Origin: Acidobacteriota bacterium
Lineage (GTDB): Bacteria; Acidobacteriota; UBA890; WLXD01
NCBI GenBank assembly: GCA_965205505.1
Contig: CBDBHB010000008.1
Coordinates: 384,001-448,000, forward strand
Length of the DNA: 64,000 nt
Reading direction: 5' to 3'
A program made the translations under genes and the position numbers. This document shows positions 23,177 through 32,678 of this stretch, piece after piece. The first letter of the stretch is position 1; each line of letters starts with the position of its first letter. The notes beneath the pieces are model-generated. The model made no database searches. It was given only the letters and a program-made list of their open reading frames with translations, and was not told the DNA's origin.

Positions 23177-23242
23177 TTGCGTGCCCCGCATCGCGAACGA
23201 CCATTGCGTGAAGTACGGTGAGTTCGAGCAAGGGAGGACACC

Positions 23243-23545
23243 GTGGGGGTCGAGCTCGAGCTGTACGTTCTTCTGTTGATTCTTCTCGTCGGCACATCGG
23301 TATTCGCGGTCTTCGAGGTGGAAACTGCTCGATGGCGGAAGGTGCTGAAATGGCTCATCCTCAGCGCCGGAACGATCGGGCTGTACTACGCGGTGGGCCA
23401 TCTCGCGCTGATTTTTCCTCTGACTCTCATGACAGTCGGCACCATCGTCCACTTCTCGTGGTGCCGCCGGCATGGCATCCACCCGATCCACGCGACGCCC
23501 CGCCGTAAGTACTACGAGCTTCGTGGGTGGCCGTGGCCGGAGTAG
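23243..23545 (+). CDS. Small hypothetical membrane protein
   Basis: GGGAGG RBS, three hydrophobic segments, HFSWCRRHGIHP...YYELRGW. Confidence 0.65.
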   Translation: MGVELELYVLLLILLVGTSVFAVFEVETARWRKVLKWLILSAGTIGLYYAVGHLALIFPLTLMTVGTIVHFSWCRRHGIHPIHATPRRKYYELRGWPWPE

Positions 23546-23718
23546 CTAGCCGACGCAGCGCACCGCGATCCTGACCACGCAACTCGCCGGACCCCTATTC
23601 CTCCAGCACGTCATGCTCCGGACCGTCATCAGCGAGCGACTCATCAGCGAAACCGTCACCCAGCTCGTCTGCCGATTGCGCGACAGCGGCTGATTTCGCA
23701 CCATCAAGAGGGAACGAC

Positions 23719-24477
23719 ATGGATTTCACCGACAAGCAGGTTTTGGTTACGGGCAGCAGTCGGGGTATCGGCTTCAGTATTGCGAAAGCCTTCGTCGCCG
23801 CTGGCGCGCGGGTCGCCATCAACGGCAGAACAAGCCAATCCGTGAGCGCCGCCATGGAGAGACTGGGCGATGGTGCGCGCCTGGTCGCAGCGCCCGGCGA
23901 TATTGGAACCGTTCCCGGCTGCGAGTCGGTGGTGAAGACGGCGAACGACGCCTTCGGTGGCCTCGATATTTTGGTAAACAGCGCCGGTGTCGGTTCCGGT
24001 AGACCCATCGAGGATTGCGACGAGGCTATGTGGGACGATCACGTCGACGTCAACCTGAAGGGCACATTCTTCTGCTGCCGTGCGGCATTATCGGAATTGC
24101 GCAAGTCCAACGGCAATATCGTCAACATCGCCTCGGACGCCGGCCTGATGGGGGTGCCAGGGATCGTCGTGTACTGCGCGTCAAAGGCCGGGGTCGTCAA
24201 CATGACCCGCGCCATGGCGTTGGAGATCGCGCCCGACGTACGGGTGAATTGCGTATGCCCGGGTTATGTCGATACCGACATGATTCGGCGCGACCATATT
24301 GAGAAGAAAGACGACCCAGCCGCCGCGGAGCAGAGGATGATCGACTATGCGCCGATGAAGCGCATCGCGACGCCAGCCGAGATCAGCCAGGGGGTCCTCT
24401 ATCTGGCCTCATCCGAGGCACGTTTCGTTACTGGTGCGGCGTTGCCGATCGATGGTGGGGCGACTGCTGGCCGTTGA
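23719..24477 (+). CDS. SDR family oxidoreductase
   Basis: TGSSRGIG, NSAG, YCASK, VCPG motifs. Confidence 0.9.
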   Translation: MDFTDKQVLVTGSSRGIGFSIAKAFVAAGARVAINGRTSQSVSAAMERLGDGARLVAAPGDIGTVPGCESVVKTANDAFGGLDILVNSAGVGSGRPIEDCDEAMWDDHVDVNLKGTFFCCRAALSELRKSNGNIVNIASDAGLMGVPGIVVYCASKAGVVNMTRAMALEIAPDVRVNCVCPGYVDTDMIRRDHIEKKDDPAAAEQRMIDYAPMKRIATPAEISQGVLYLASSEARFVTGAALPIDGGATAGR

Positions 24478-24616
24478 GTTTGCGTCTGCCCTTGGCCAAC
24501 GAGCTCGGGCTCGGCCGCAACAACTCTGGCATTATTCGTCGCGCGAGGGTCGCCCATCTCGCCGCCCTTCCCAAGAAACCGCTCACCTCAAACCGCTGTA
24601 CTTGCCCGGAGTCCCC

Positions 24617-27600
24617 ATGCGTTTCCCTGGAGCCCTCGTCGCACTGCTATCGACCATCGTGCTCATCGCGTCTGTTTCCGCCCTGGGAGCAGCGCCCCAG
24701 GCCGCTGCGGATGCGAACACCATCGTCGATCCGGCCCTCTATCAATCGCTGCGCTTCCGCTTCCTGGGCCCCTATCGGGGTGGGCGATCCGGCGCCGTCA
24801 TGGGCGTTCCCGGCGAGCCGCACACCTTCTACCTGGGCGCCTCGGGCGGGCTCTATAAGACCACCAACGCCGGCGAGACCTGGAACGTCATCTCCGACGA
24901 GCACTTCGAGGTGAGCACCATCGGCGCCATCGCGGTGGCGCCGTCGGACACCAACGTCGTCTACGTGGGCACGGGTCAGAAGACCATCCGCAGCAACGTG
25001 TCGATCGGCAAGGGTATGTACCGCTCCACCGACGCCGGCCGCAGCTGGACCCACATCGGACTGCGCGATGCCGGACAGATCGGGCGCATCCGGGTACACC
25101 CGGACGATCCGGACCTGGTCTACGTGGCGGTGATCGGCAACCCGTTCGGGCGCAGCGAGACACGCGGGGTATTCCGCTCGCGCGACGGCGGTGACAACTG
25201 GGAGAAGGTCCTCTACTTCGACGATGACACCGGTTCGAGCGAGCTGGAGCTCGACCTGTCGAACCCGCGCAACCTGTACGCCACCGCCTGGACCGTCGAG
25301 CGCAAGCCGTGGACGATCATCTCGGGCGGCGACGACGACGGCATCTACAAGAGCACCGATGGCGGCGACACCTGGAAGCGGCTCGCCGGTGGGCTCCCCG
25401 AGACCACGATGGGCAAGATCGGGCTGACGCTGTCGGCGTCGAACCCCGACAAGCTCTATGCGCTGGTTGAGACCGACCCCGAGGTGTCGGGACTCTATAT
25501 CTCCGATGACGCCGGCGAGACCTGGCGGCTGCAGGAGACCAACGTCGGCCGCAACCTGTACGAGCGCTCCTGGTACTACACCCACATCTTCGTTGATCCG
25601 CAGAATGAGAACCTCGTCTACGCGTTGGCCGTGGGCTTGTTCAAATCCACCGACGGTGGGCGCACGTGGGAGCGCCGCAGTGCCCCGCACGGGGACTTTC
25701 ACGATCTGTGGATCAACCCGAACGACTCCGACATCCTGGCCATCGCTGACGACGGTGGGGTGCAGGTGACGCTCGATCAGATGAACACCTGGACGACGTA
25801 TCTGAACCAGCCGACCGCGGAGATCTACAACATCTTCGTCGACAACCTGTTCCCCTATCACGTGTACGGATCGCAGCAGGACAACTCCACCATCCGACTC
25901 CCGAGCCAGTTCCAGGGCGCCCTGACGCCCTACGGTTACTGGCGCAGCGTGGGCGGCTGCGAGTCGGCGCACATCGGCTTCGACCCCGACAACCCGGTGG
26001 AGATCTACGCCGGCTGCTACTCGGGCGAGATCAGCCGGGTGAACCTGGTGACCGGCGACCGGCAGGCGATCATGGTGTACCCGCAGATGGAGTTCGGGCT
26101 GCCGGCCTCCGACCTGAAGTTCCGCTTCAACTGGAACGCGCCCATCCGCATGTCGCCGTATGACCAGTCGGTCGTCTACCACAGCGCCCAGCGTGTCGTG
26201 CGGACACGCGACGGCGGCCACAGCTGGGAGGTGATCAGCCCCGACCTGACGACGAACGACCCCGAGACGCAGATTCGTTCCGGGGCGCCGATCACGTACG
26301 AGGACACCGGCGGCGAGGTCTACAACACGATCTTCGCGTTCGAAGAGTCGTTCTACGAGAAGGACCTGCTGTGGGTGGGCACCGACGACGGCAAGGTGTG
26401 GGTGTCGCGCGACGCAGGTGGCAACTGGAGCGACATCACGCCACCGGGCATGCCGGCACGCGGCACGGTCAACAACATCGAGCTGTCGGCGCATGATCCG
26501 GGGCGCATCTTCGTGCCGGTGAAAGCGTTCATGCTCGACAACTGGGAGCCTTACATCTTCGCCACCAGCAACTACGGCGCCAGCTGGACGCGGCTCACCA
26601 CGGGAGACAACGGCATCCCGGCCGACACACCGGTGCGCATCGTGCGCGAGGACCCCGAGGTGCGCGGGCTGCTCTACGCCGGCACCGAGTTCGGCCTCTA
26701 CGTGTCGTTCGACGACGGGACCCACTGGCAGAAGATGCAGCTGAACCTGCCGCCGATCCCGATCACCGACATGCGCGTGCACCGCAACGACCTGGTGATC
26801 TCCACCCAGGGGCGCGGCATTTACGTCCTCGACGACATCACACCGCTGCGCCAGGCGCGCCAGGCGCATGCAGCGATCGTCGACGGCTCCGCACCGGCCC
26901 ACCTCTTCCCTCCCCGCGAAACGGTGCAGGCGTTCACCAGCGGTCGCTCGGGGCCGGAGGCGCGGAGCGGCGAGAATCCGCCGGCCGGGGTGCAGATCTT
27001 CTACGCGCTGCAGGCCGACGCTGCTGCGGCGGCTGAGGACGACGACGACGCGGGCGCAGCAGATCAGGACGACGCGCTGACGCTCGAGATCTTCGGGCCC
27101 AATGGCGATCTCGTGCACACCTTCCACAGCCACCGCGATCCCGAGTCCAACCCCCGGGACATCGACTTCGCCTCACGTGGCCAGATCCGATTGACCGCCG
27201 ACACAGGCATGAACCGCTTCCTGTGGAACACGCGCTACCCGCCCATCGACCGGCCCGACGGCATGGTGATCTACGGTCTGACCCACGGCCCGCGCACCAT
27301 CCCGGGCGAGCACCGTGTGCGGCTGTCGATCGGAGATTGGAGCCAGGAGGCAACGTTCCAGATCGTCGGCGATCCGCGCCTCGACACGCCGCAGGCGCAT
27401 CACGATGAGCGGCTGGAGATGGAGCTGCGCATGCGCGACGACCTGCAGGCGGTCTTCGGCGCGATTCGCACCCTGTCGTCGGTGCGCGATCAGATCGGCA
27501 ACCGTCTCGACAGCATGCGCGCGGCTGGAATCGATCTTTCCGAGATCGAACCGGCGGCAAAGTCGATCACCGAGCACCTCGGCGAGCTCGAACTGCTGCT

Positions 27601-27868
27601 GTGGAACCCGAAAATCGAAGGCTACAACGACATCCACCACTTCGTCGCCGGCTACGACACCAAGGTGGCGTACCTGTACGACAAGGTGGACTCATCGGAT
27701 CACCGCCCCACCACTGGGCAGCGCCTGCGCTACGAGGAGCTACACGCCGAGCTCGAGAAGCTGTTCGCTCAGCTAGAGGAGTTCTATGCCTCCGACGTCG
27801 CGGCGCTCGGCCAGATGATGCGGGACTCCGGGGCGATGCCGGTGCAAGTACCAAAGCAGGATAGCTGA
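24617..27868 (+). CDS. VPS10/BNR-repeat (YCF48-like) glycosyl hydrolase-like protein
   Basis: Signal peptide; many S-x-D-G-G-x-T/S-W Asp-box repeats; GPYRGGRS; C-terminal coiled coil. Confidence 0.85.
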   Translation: MRFPGALVALLSTIVLIASVSALGAAPQAAADANTIVDPALYQSLRFRFLGPYRGGRSGAVMGVPGEPHTFYLGASGGLYKTTNAGETWNVISDEHFEVSTIGAIAVAPSDTNVVYVGTGQKTIRSNVSIGKGMYRSTDAGRSWTHIGLRDAGQIGRIRVHPDDPDLVYVAVIGNPFGRSETRGVFRSRDGGDNWEKVLYFDDDTGSSELELDLSNPRNLYATAWTVERKPWTIISGGDDDGIYKSTDGGDTWKRLAGGLPETTMGKIGLTLSASNPDKLYALVETDPEVSGLYISDDAGETWRLQETNVGRNLYERSWYYTHIFVDPQNENLVYALAVGLFKSTDGGRTWERRSAPHGDFHDLWINPNDSDILAIADDGGVQVTLDQMNTWTTYLNQPTAEIYNIFVDNLFPYHVYGSQQDNSTIRLPSQFQGALTPYGYWRSVGGCESAHIGFDPDNPVEIYAGCYSGEISRVNLVTGDRQAIMVYPQMEFGLPASDLKFRFNWNAPIRMSPYDQSVVYHSAQRVVRTRDGGHSWEVISPDLTTNDPETQIRSGAPITYEDTGGEVYNTIFAFEESFYEKDLLWVGTDDGKVWVSRDAGGNWSDITPPGMPARGTVNNIELSAHDPGRIFVPVKAFMLDNWEPYIFATSNYGASWTRLTTGDNGIPADTPVRIVREDPEVRGLLYAGTEFGLYVSFDDGTHWQKMQLNLPPIPITDMRVHRNDLVISTQGRGIYVLDDITPLRQARQAHAAIVDGSAPAHLFPPRETVQAFTSGRSGPEARSGENPPAGVQIFYALQADAAAAAEDDDDAGAADQDDALTLEIFGPNGDLVHTFHSHRDPESNPRDIDFASRGQIRLTADTGMNRFLWNTRYPPIDRPDGMVIYGLTHGPRTIPGEHRVRLSIGDWSQEATFQIVGDPRLDTPQAHHDERLEMELRMRDDLQAVFGAIRTLSSVRDQIGNRLDSMRAAGIDLSEIEPAAKSITEHLGELELLLWNPKIEGYNDIHHFVAGYDTKVAYLYDKVDSSDHRPTTGQRLRYEELHAELEKLFAQLEEFYASDVAALGQMMRDSGAMPVQVPKQDS

Positions 27869-27929
27869 GGGCCGTCAGCGCGCTCGCATTCTCCCTCATC
27901 CGCGACTGAATCACAGGTGCACTGCTCTA

Positions 27930-28058
27930 GCATGCCTGGAGGGCGCAAAGTGGATCCGCAAGATCGAGTTTTCTGCAGAGGATCGTCCCGGTTTCTGGGA
28001 GGTGCGCGGTTACTCCAATACCGCTGAGCCTTGGCTGAACGACCGCTATATGAGCTGA
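27930..28058 (+). pseudogene. C-terminal remnant of a sulfite oxidase-like molybdopterin oxidoreductase
   Basis: AKWIRKIEFSAEDRPGFWEVRGYSNTAEPWLNDRY*. Confidence 0.6.
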
Positions 28059-28113
28059 ACGACCTCTACGTGAGCTGAGTCCGCGCGGCGCTCAGTCTGA
28101 CCCACAGGTCGAG

Positions 28114-28139
28114 CTCAACTGGTTCGACGAGCTGAAGCG
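28114..28139 (+). repeat. 26-bp direct repeat, copy 1 (3' end of a Ser/Thr kinase gene, LNWFDELKR)
   Basis: CTCAACTGGTTCGACGAGCTGAAGCG is identical to 59446-59471. Confidence 0.8.
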
Positions 28140-28140
28140 C

Positions 28141-28173
28141 CTAGCAGGCCGTGGTGAAAGTGTGGCCTGCTAG
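28141..28173. mobile_element. Minimal (33-bp) collapsed MITE copy
   Basis: CTAGCAGGCCGTGGTGAAAGTGTGGCCTGCTAG; the first 25 nt are identical to the left TIR at 51711. Confidence 0.75.
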
Positions 28174-29480
28174 CGATCGTCCCGGTACACAACACCGCGC
28201 TTCATGACGAAACTTACCGACTTGAGCACCTCGATCCGATCGAGTGGGTTAGCTGGCGTGGCGATCAGATCCGCCGTCATACCGGGGGCGATCCCGGCGT
28301 GGCTCGCCTCGATGCCGAGGAGGCGGGCGCCGTTGATCGTCAAGGCGCGGAGAATGTCTGCGGCCGGCACATCGGCGGCGGTCCAGGCGTCGAGGTTCTC
28401 GATCGCCGCGGTGCCGTGGGTGTGGCTCGGCGTCTTCATGTAAATGTCGGATCCGAAGGCCATCGTAACGCCGACAACATGGGCACGCCGCAGGCGATCG
28501 ATCACCTGGGCATAGAGATCGACGTCGGGATCGTCGCCGAAACCCTCCCAGGCCTTCATGACGGGTTGCGCCAGATCGGTGCCCACGAGCACTACACCCT
28601 CGTCGCGAGCCCAGCTGAGCGTCTCGTCGCTCATCTCGAAGCCGTGCTCGATCGACGCCACCCCCGCCTCGATCGCGTTGCGCGCTCCCATCTCGGTGTA
28701 GCTGTGCGCCGCCACCCGCACGCCCGCGGCGGCGGCTTCCGCGATGGCAAAGCGGATGTCCTCGACCGAGTAGAGGTAGCGCTGGTCGTCGACAACGATC
28801 TTGATCCAGTCGGCTCCGTAGTGGAGGTTCTGGCGAATCGCCTTGCGCAGCTCGTCCCGAGTGTCGGCATAGATGTAGTCCTGTAGGCCGAGGTCGGGGA
28901 ACTCGGGAGCGACGACGAACTGTCCTCCGAACCCGGCGATGATCTTGCCGGAAATGAACATCGTCGGGCCATCGACCAGACCAGCGTCGATGGCCGCCTT
29001 GAGCGCCGAGTCGCCATAGTTGCCCGAGTTGCCCAGGTCGCGGACGGTGGTGAAACCAGCTTGCAGCATCGACTCGGCGTTGGCGGCTCCCTCCAGAACG
29101 CGGTACGCAGTGGGCACGTCGAGGGTGTACGCCTTCAGCGACGTCACCGTCGTATCGACCGCCGAGCACAGGTGAGTGTGCGAATCGATCAGCCCGGGAA
29201 GCAGCGTCATACCCGACAGGTCGATCACCGTCGCGCCTTCGGGAATCGCGACGTTGGCGCCGACGGCCGTAATCGTCGAGCCCGACACGACAACCACCTG
29301 ATCGACGCTCACCGTGCCGCTGGCCGGATCGACAATTCGTGCGGCGCGGATGGCCGTCACCTGAGGATGCGCCAGCGCGGCGGGCACGCACGCGAGCAGG
29401 ATACCGACGGTGATACCGATGGCTCTACGCAAGCTTGTGTTCTTCATCATCTCGCGAACCTGTTCCGGTTTCTCCGCCAC
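28170..29480 (-). CDS. Amidohydrolase family protein (Xaa-Pro dipeptidase-like)
   Basis: LPGLIDSHTH, GFTTVRDLG, IKI, AAH, SIEHG, FGSD motifs; signal peptide. Confidence 0.88.
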   Translation of the reverse strand: MAEKPEQVREMMKNTSLRRAIGITVGILLACVPAALAHPQVTAIRAARIVDPASGTVSVDQVVVVSGSTITAVGANVAIPEGATVIDLSGMTLLPGLIDSHTHLCSAVDTTVTSLKAYTLDVPTAYRVLEGAANAESMLQAGFTTVRDLGNSGNYGDSALKAAIDAGLVDGPTMFISGKIIAGFGGQFVVAPEFPDLGLQDYIYADTRDELRKAIRQNLHYGADWIKIVVDDQRYLYSVEDIRFAIAEAAAAGVRVAAHSYTEMGARNAIEAGVASIEHGFEMSDETLSWARDEGVVLVGTDLAQPVMKAWEGFGDDPDVDLYAQVIDRLRRAHVVGVTMAFGSDIYMKTPSHTHGTAAIENLDAWTAADVPAADILRALTINGARLLGIEASHAGIAPGMTADLIATPANPLDRIEVLKSVSFVMKRGVVYRDDR

Positions 29481-29572
29481 GCGCGTTGGCTGCCTCAGCC
29501 ACAGAAAGGGCCGCGGCGCTGGCTGCGGCCCACGCCGCCGGGATCATCTACCGGGATCTGAAGCCGGAGAGT

Positions 29573-30838
29573 CTACGGCCTTGGCGAGGATCTCTCTGAT
29601 TGGCTTGCTGGAATATGGGACGGGATGATCGGTTCGTCGCGCTTCACGCGATAGCGGAACCATCCTTCCATCATCTCGTCGCGCGAGTCCTGACCATAGA
29701 CAACCTTTAGGCTCGGGTTCGGGTTCCGGGGATTATTCTCGGAGTTGTCGAAATGGGCAGTAACCCGAAGCTTTGTTCCCTTCGTTAGCGGCACAGGCTC
29801 CGCCAAGTAGTAGCTTAGCTGCCAGTTGAAATCGTAGTTCGGAACCGACAACAGGATCTCTTCCCGGCCGTCTGGATAGATCACCTCGTACATCATGTCT
29901 TTACCGCGATAGTGCATGTGGGGCTCGAAGCTTAGCAGCTCGGCGTCGACGTCGAACTCCATTTCGGCGACGCTTTCATAATTCGGCTCGTACGGTGGGA
30001 TCTCGATCTTCCGATCTCTGACAAGGCCGTCGCGAAGCACGTCGGTGATCGGATATCGTGCCAGCCAGACACCGACCTGGGCGCGATCGAATTCTTCCTG
30101 GCCGCTCGGGTGGTAGTGCATATCGAACTGTAACGTCGATCCGGCCGGGATCACCTTGCCCGCGCCTTGCGGGAGAATGTGCGGGTGAAGTCCGGGGATT
30201 ATGTTGCCGACGTAGGTGGGGCTGCCGTCCGGACGTACCGCACTCACACTGCCGTGGTGAATCACCCGGGGATTGCCTCGCATCTCCACCGCCCTGGCCC
30301 AGATGTCCTCTGCGAGGTTTGCAGGCGCCGTGATGTGAGGGAATTGGTCCGGGCCACCCGCTGGAATGCGATACGGCTCTTCCATCTCGAAGATGTAGTC
30401 AGGCGGCCCAAGCTCGGCGCTGAGGGCCCAGCCCTCGACGAAGGCCGGCGACGTGAATTCGCCCTCTCCCCGGGGAGCCCCCGCTGAGACCCACTCTACG
30501 ATCGTTCCGACCTGCTCGCTGGTCAGGCGGCGATCATTGGCAAACCGACCGTAGCGCGGATCTGCCTTCCACGGCGGCATGATCCGCTCGCGAACAACTT
30601 GTCTGATCGACTTGGCCCAGGGGCGTACTTCCTCATAGCTCAACAGGGACATGGGAGCAACTTCCCCCGGTCGGTGGCAGCTCATGCAGCTGTCCGCCAG
30701 TAGGGGGCCGACGTCGCGCGTCCACGTCGGCACGCTCGTATCCTCGGTGCTTGATTGGCCGAGGCTGGCTCGACCGAGAGTCGCCACACCAACCGTCGCC
30801 ACCAACGTCGCCACTGTTCCAACGAGGACCTTCCGCAT
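29573..30838 (-). CDS. Exported c-type cytochrome fused to a type II copper monooxygenase-like domain
   Basis: CMSCH heme motif, MPPW, IHH, MHYH, PHMHYRG, YDFNWQ, DEMM. Confidence 0.75.
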   Translation of the reverse strand: MRKVLVGTVATLVATVGVATLGRASLGQSSTEDTSVPTWTRDVGPLLADSCMSCHRPGEVAPMSLLSYEEVRPWAKSIRQVVRERIMPPWKADPRYGRFANDRRLTSEQVGTIVEWVSAGAPRGEGEFTSPAFVEGWALSAELGPPDYIFEMEEPYRIPAGGPDQFPHITAPANLAEDIWARAVEMRGNPRVIHHGSVSAVRPDGSPTYVGNIIPGLHPHILPQGAGKVIPAGSTLQFDMHYHPSGQEEFDRAQVGVWLARYPITDVLRDGLVRDRKIEIPPYEPNYESVAEMEFDVDAELLSFEPHMHYRGKDMMYEVIYPDGREEILLSVPNYDFNWQLSYYLAEPVPLTKGTKLRVTAHFDNSENNPRNPNPSLKVVYGQDSRDEMMEGWFRYRVKRDEPIIPSHIPASQSERSSPRP

Positions 30839-30896
30839 CGTGCTCTTCCCTCTGTTTCATGGCACGCCGTACCGTTCTCCAACTAACGGTCTGGGC

Positions 30897-31640
30897 TCAG
30901 CCTTCATCATCCTCCGGCGGTACCAGCTCGATCGTGTCGATCTCGATCTTCTCTCCCCTCCAGGTGCCCGCCACCCGCACCCTTTGGCCGGCGTAGCCCA
31001 GCAGTTCCTCTTCGAACTCCGCCGTATTGGTGAACTCGATGGCGATCCCGCCAAGTCGTGAGATCAGCGCCAGGTCCTCCGCCGAGTGCACGCGTTCCCT
31101 CACCCAGGCGGCTGGGTCTTCGGCGTCCTCCGGCGGAGCGAGCTCCGTGCGGTGGCCGACCACGCCAGGGTGGTCTGTGTAGAACTCCTCAGGCTCACCG
31201 ACATAGAGAAGGCCCGTGTCCTGCCTGTTCCCTACAATCTCGAACTCGCCCAAAGGGCTCACGACGGTGCCCGTGACCCGATCGCCGTCGAGGCTGAGCG
31301 TGTACTCGTAGGCCCCGAACTCGACAAACATCGTGCCATCCTCCAAGCGGAAGTCATCGACTCCGACCAGGCTGTCGGCCACCGAGGTCATCTGGGCGCG
31401 CAACTCCCCGTCGGCTCCCTCCACTTTCAGAACGACCGTCTTGCCCGCACCCGAGGAGGGTGCCGCGGCGGGCATCATCTGACCCCCGAGGCGCCGCCCT
31501 GGGACTTCACTCGACTTCAGGTTCCAGGTGCCAACGGGGTCCGGCTCTGATTCCATCGAGGCTGTGCAGGCCGCCAAGACGATGATGGCCAGCCCGGCAA
31601 ACACGCGGGGTCGCACGCCGCTTCGCAATGCTGTCCCCAT
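30897..31640 (-). CDS. Hypothetical lipoprotein
   Basis: Lipobox LAAC; beta-rich domains. Confidence 0.6.
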   Translation of the reverse strand: MGTALRSGVRPRVFAGLAIIVLAACTASMESEPDPVGTWNLKSSEVPGRRLGGQMMPAAAPSSGAGKTVVLKVEGADGELRAQMTSVADSLVGVDDFRLEDGTMFVEFGAYEYTLSLDGDRVTGTVVSPLGEFEIVGNRQDTGLLYVGEPEEFYTDHPGVVGHRTELAPPEDAEDPAAWVRERVHSAEDLALISRLGGIAIEFTNTAEFEEELLGYAGQRVRVAGTWRGEKIEIDTIELVPPEDDEG

Positions 31641-31883
31641 CAGATCCTCCCGGACACAAGCCTACGGTCTGCCCCCGAACAGGCGGGCGGCGTCAGGCGC
31701 AATCAGCACCGTGCTGGCGAGAAAGCCGCCGCCCACTGCGGCTGCGAGGGGCGCCTACGGGGGACTCGTCCTAACGATCATCGATGTCCTCCTTCCGCCG
31801 GCCGAGTGTTGCTCCCGCCGGCTAGTGTATCCGCCACGCTCCATCGGAAATAGGGCGCACGCCCCCGCGGGTGGATCGACAAG

Positions 31884-32381
31884 GTGAACGACCGGCACGA
31901 ATCCACGCTCTGGTTGATGAACGCCGCCGGCACGCCGGCCCCGTACTTGGAAGTGTTGGGTAAGGGCGACAAGACTGCGCACGGTCCCGCTCGAAGGTAA
32001 CGCGGGGTGGGGTGCTTCAGGCGGCTGGTCGAAGCGGCCAAGGCTCGTGGCGATCAACAGGTGTGCCCCGTCGGTCAGACGGGAGTCGCCAAAGCGTGGC
32101 GCAAGGAGCGGGAACGGCTGGCGTTAGCGAGCGACATCACGTTGAACACGTTCCGCCATGACTTCGCCACGTATGTAGCCAACCTGCCAGCGGTGCCGAT
32201 CACCGAGGTACGCGACGTGCTGGGGCACGGGAGCGTGGTGGTGACGGAGATTTACGTGCACAGGGACGAGCGCAAACTACGCCTTGGGATGGCGCAGCGG
32301 AGCACAGAATTGAGCAACGAAGCACATGCTAATGGCACTAATCTAGCCCCAGGAGCTGCACGAGCCTTTAGTGACGGGTAG
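31884..32381 (+). pseudogene. Tyrosine recombinase/integrase C-terminal remnant
   Basis: VLGKGDK..RTVPL, then LNTFRHDFAT, VRDVLGH, TEIYVH; frameshifted, no N-terminus. Confidence 0.7.
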
Positions 32382-32387
32382 CAACGC

Positions 32388-32678
32388 TTACCAACGGTTG
32401 ACGACCTTGCGCTCGTCCTCTTGCTGTTCTGCTTCGGCAAAGGGCACATCGCCGCCGGCATCGAGGAAGTCCTCGAGAGACGACAGACGGAACCGCCATT
32501 GACGGCCGACGCGCGTTGCCGGGATACGTCCCGCCTTCGCCATCCGATACACCGTCGACTTGTTGATGCGGAGCATGTCCGCAACATCTTCGACGGTCAT
32601 GAACTCACCAAGAACACTCCGCGACCGTGTTCTCGGCCGTGACTGCTCGTCGTGTTGGCTGTCTCTTGCTCGTTTCAT
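32388..32678 (-). CDS. Excisionase-family (HTH_17) DNA-binding protein, possibly translated independently
   Basis: AGGAGG at 32685-32690 ahead of an in-frame ATG at 32678. Confidence 0.6.
   Translation of the reverse strand: MKRARDSQHDEQSRPRTRSRSVLGEFMTVEDVADMLRINKSTVYRMAKAGRIPATRVGRQWRFRLSSLEDFLDAGGDVPFAEAEQQEDERKVVNRW

Noticed and set aside
24647-27133. 828-aa minus-strand ORF and other long antisense ORFs (e.g. 54953-56254, 36745-37854, 15332-16342)
   Set aside because: Shadow frames of GC-rich genes with clear family motifs on the opposite strand
28034-28078. 20-bp tandem duplication GCTGAACGACC.CTA..TGA
   Set aside because: Only two degenerate copies at the end of a pseudogene; likely slippage
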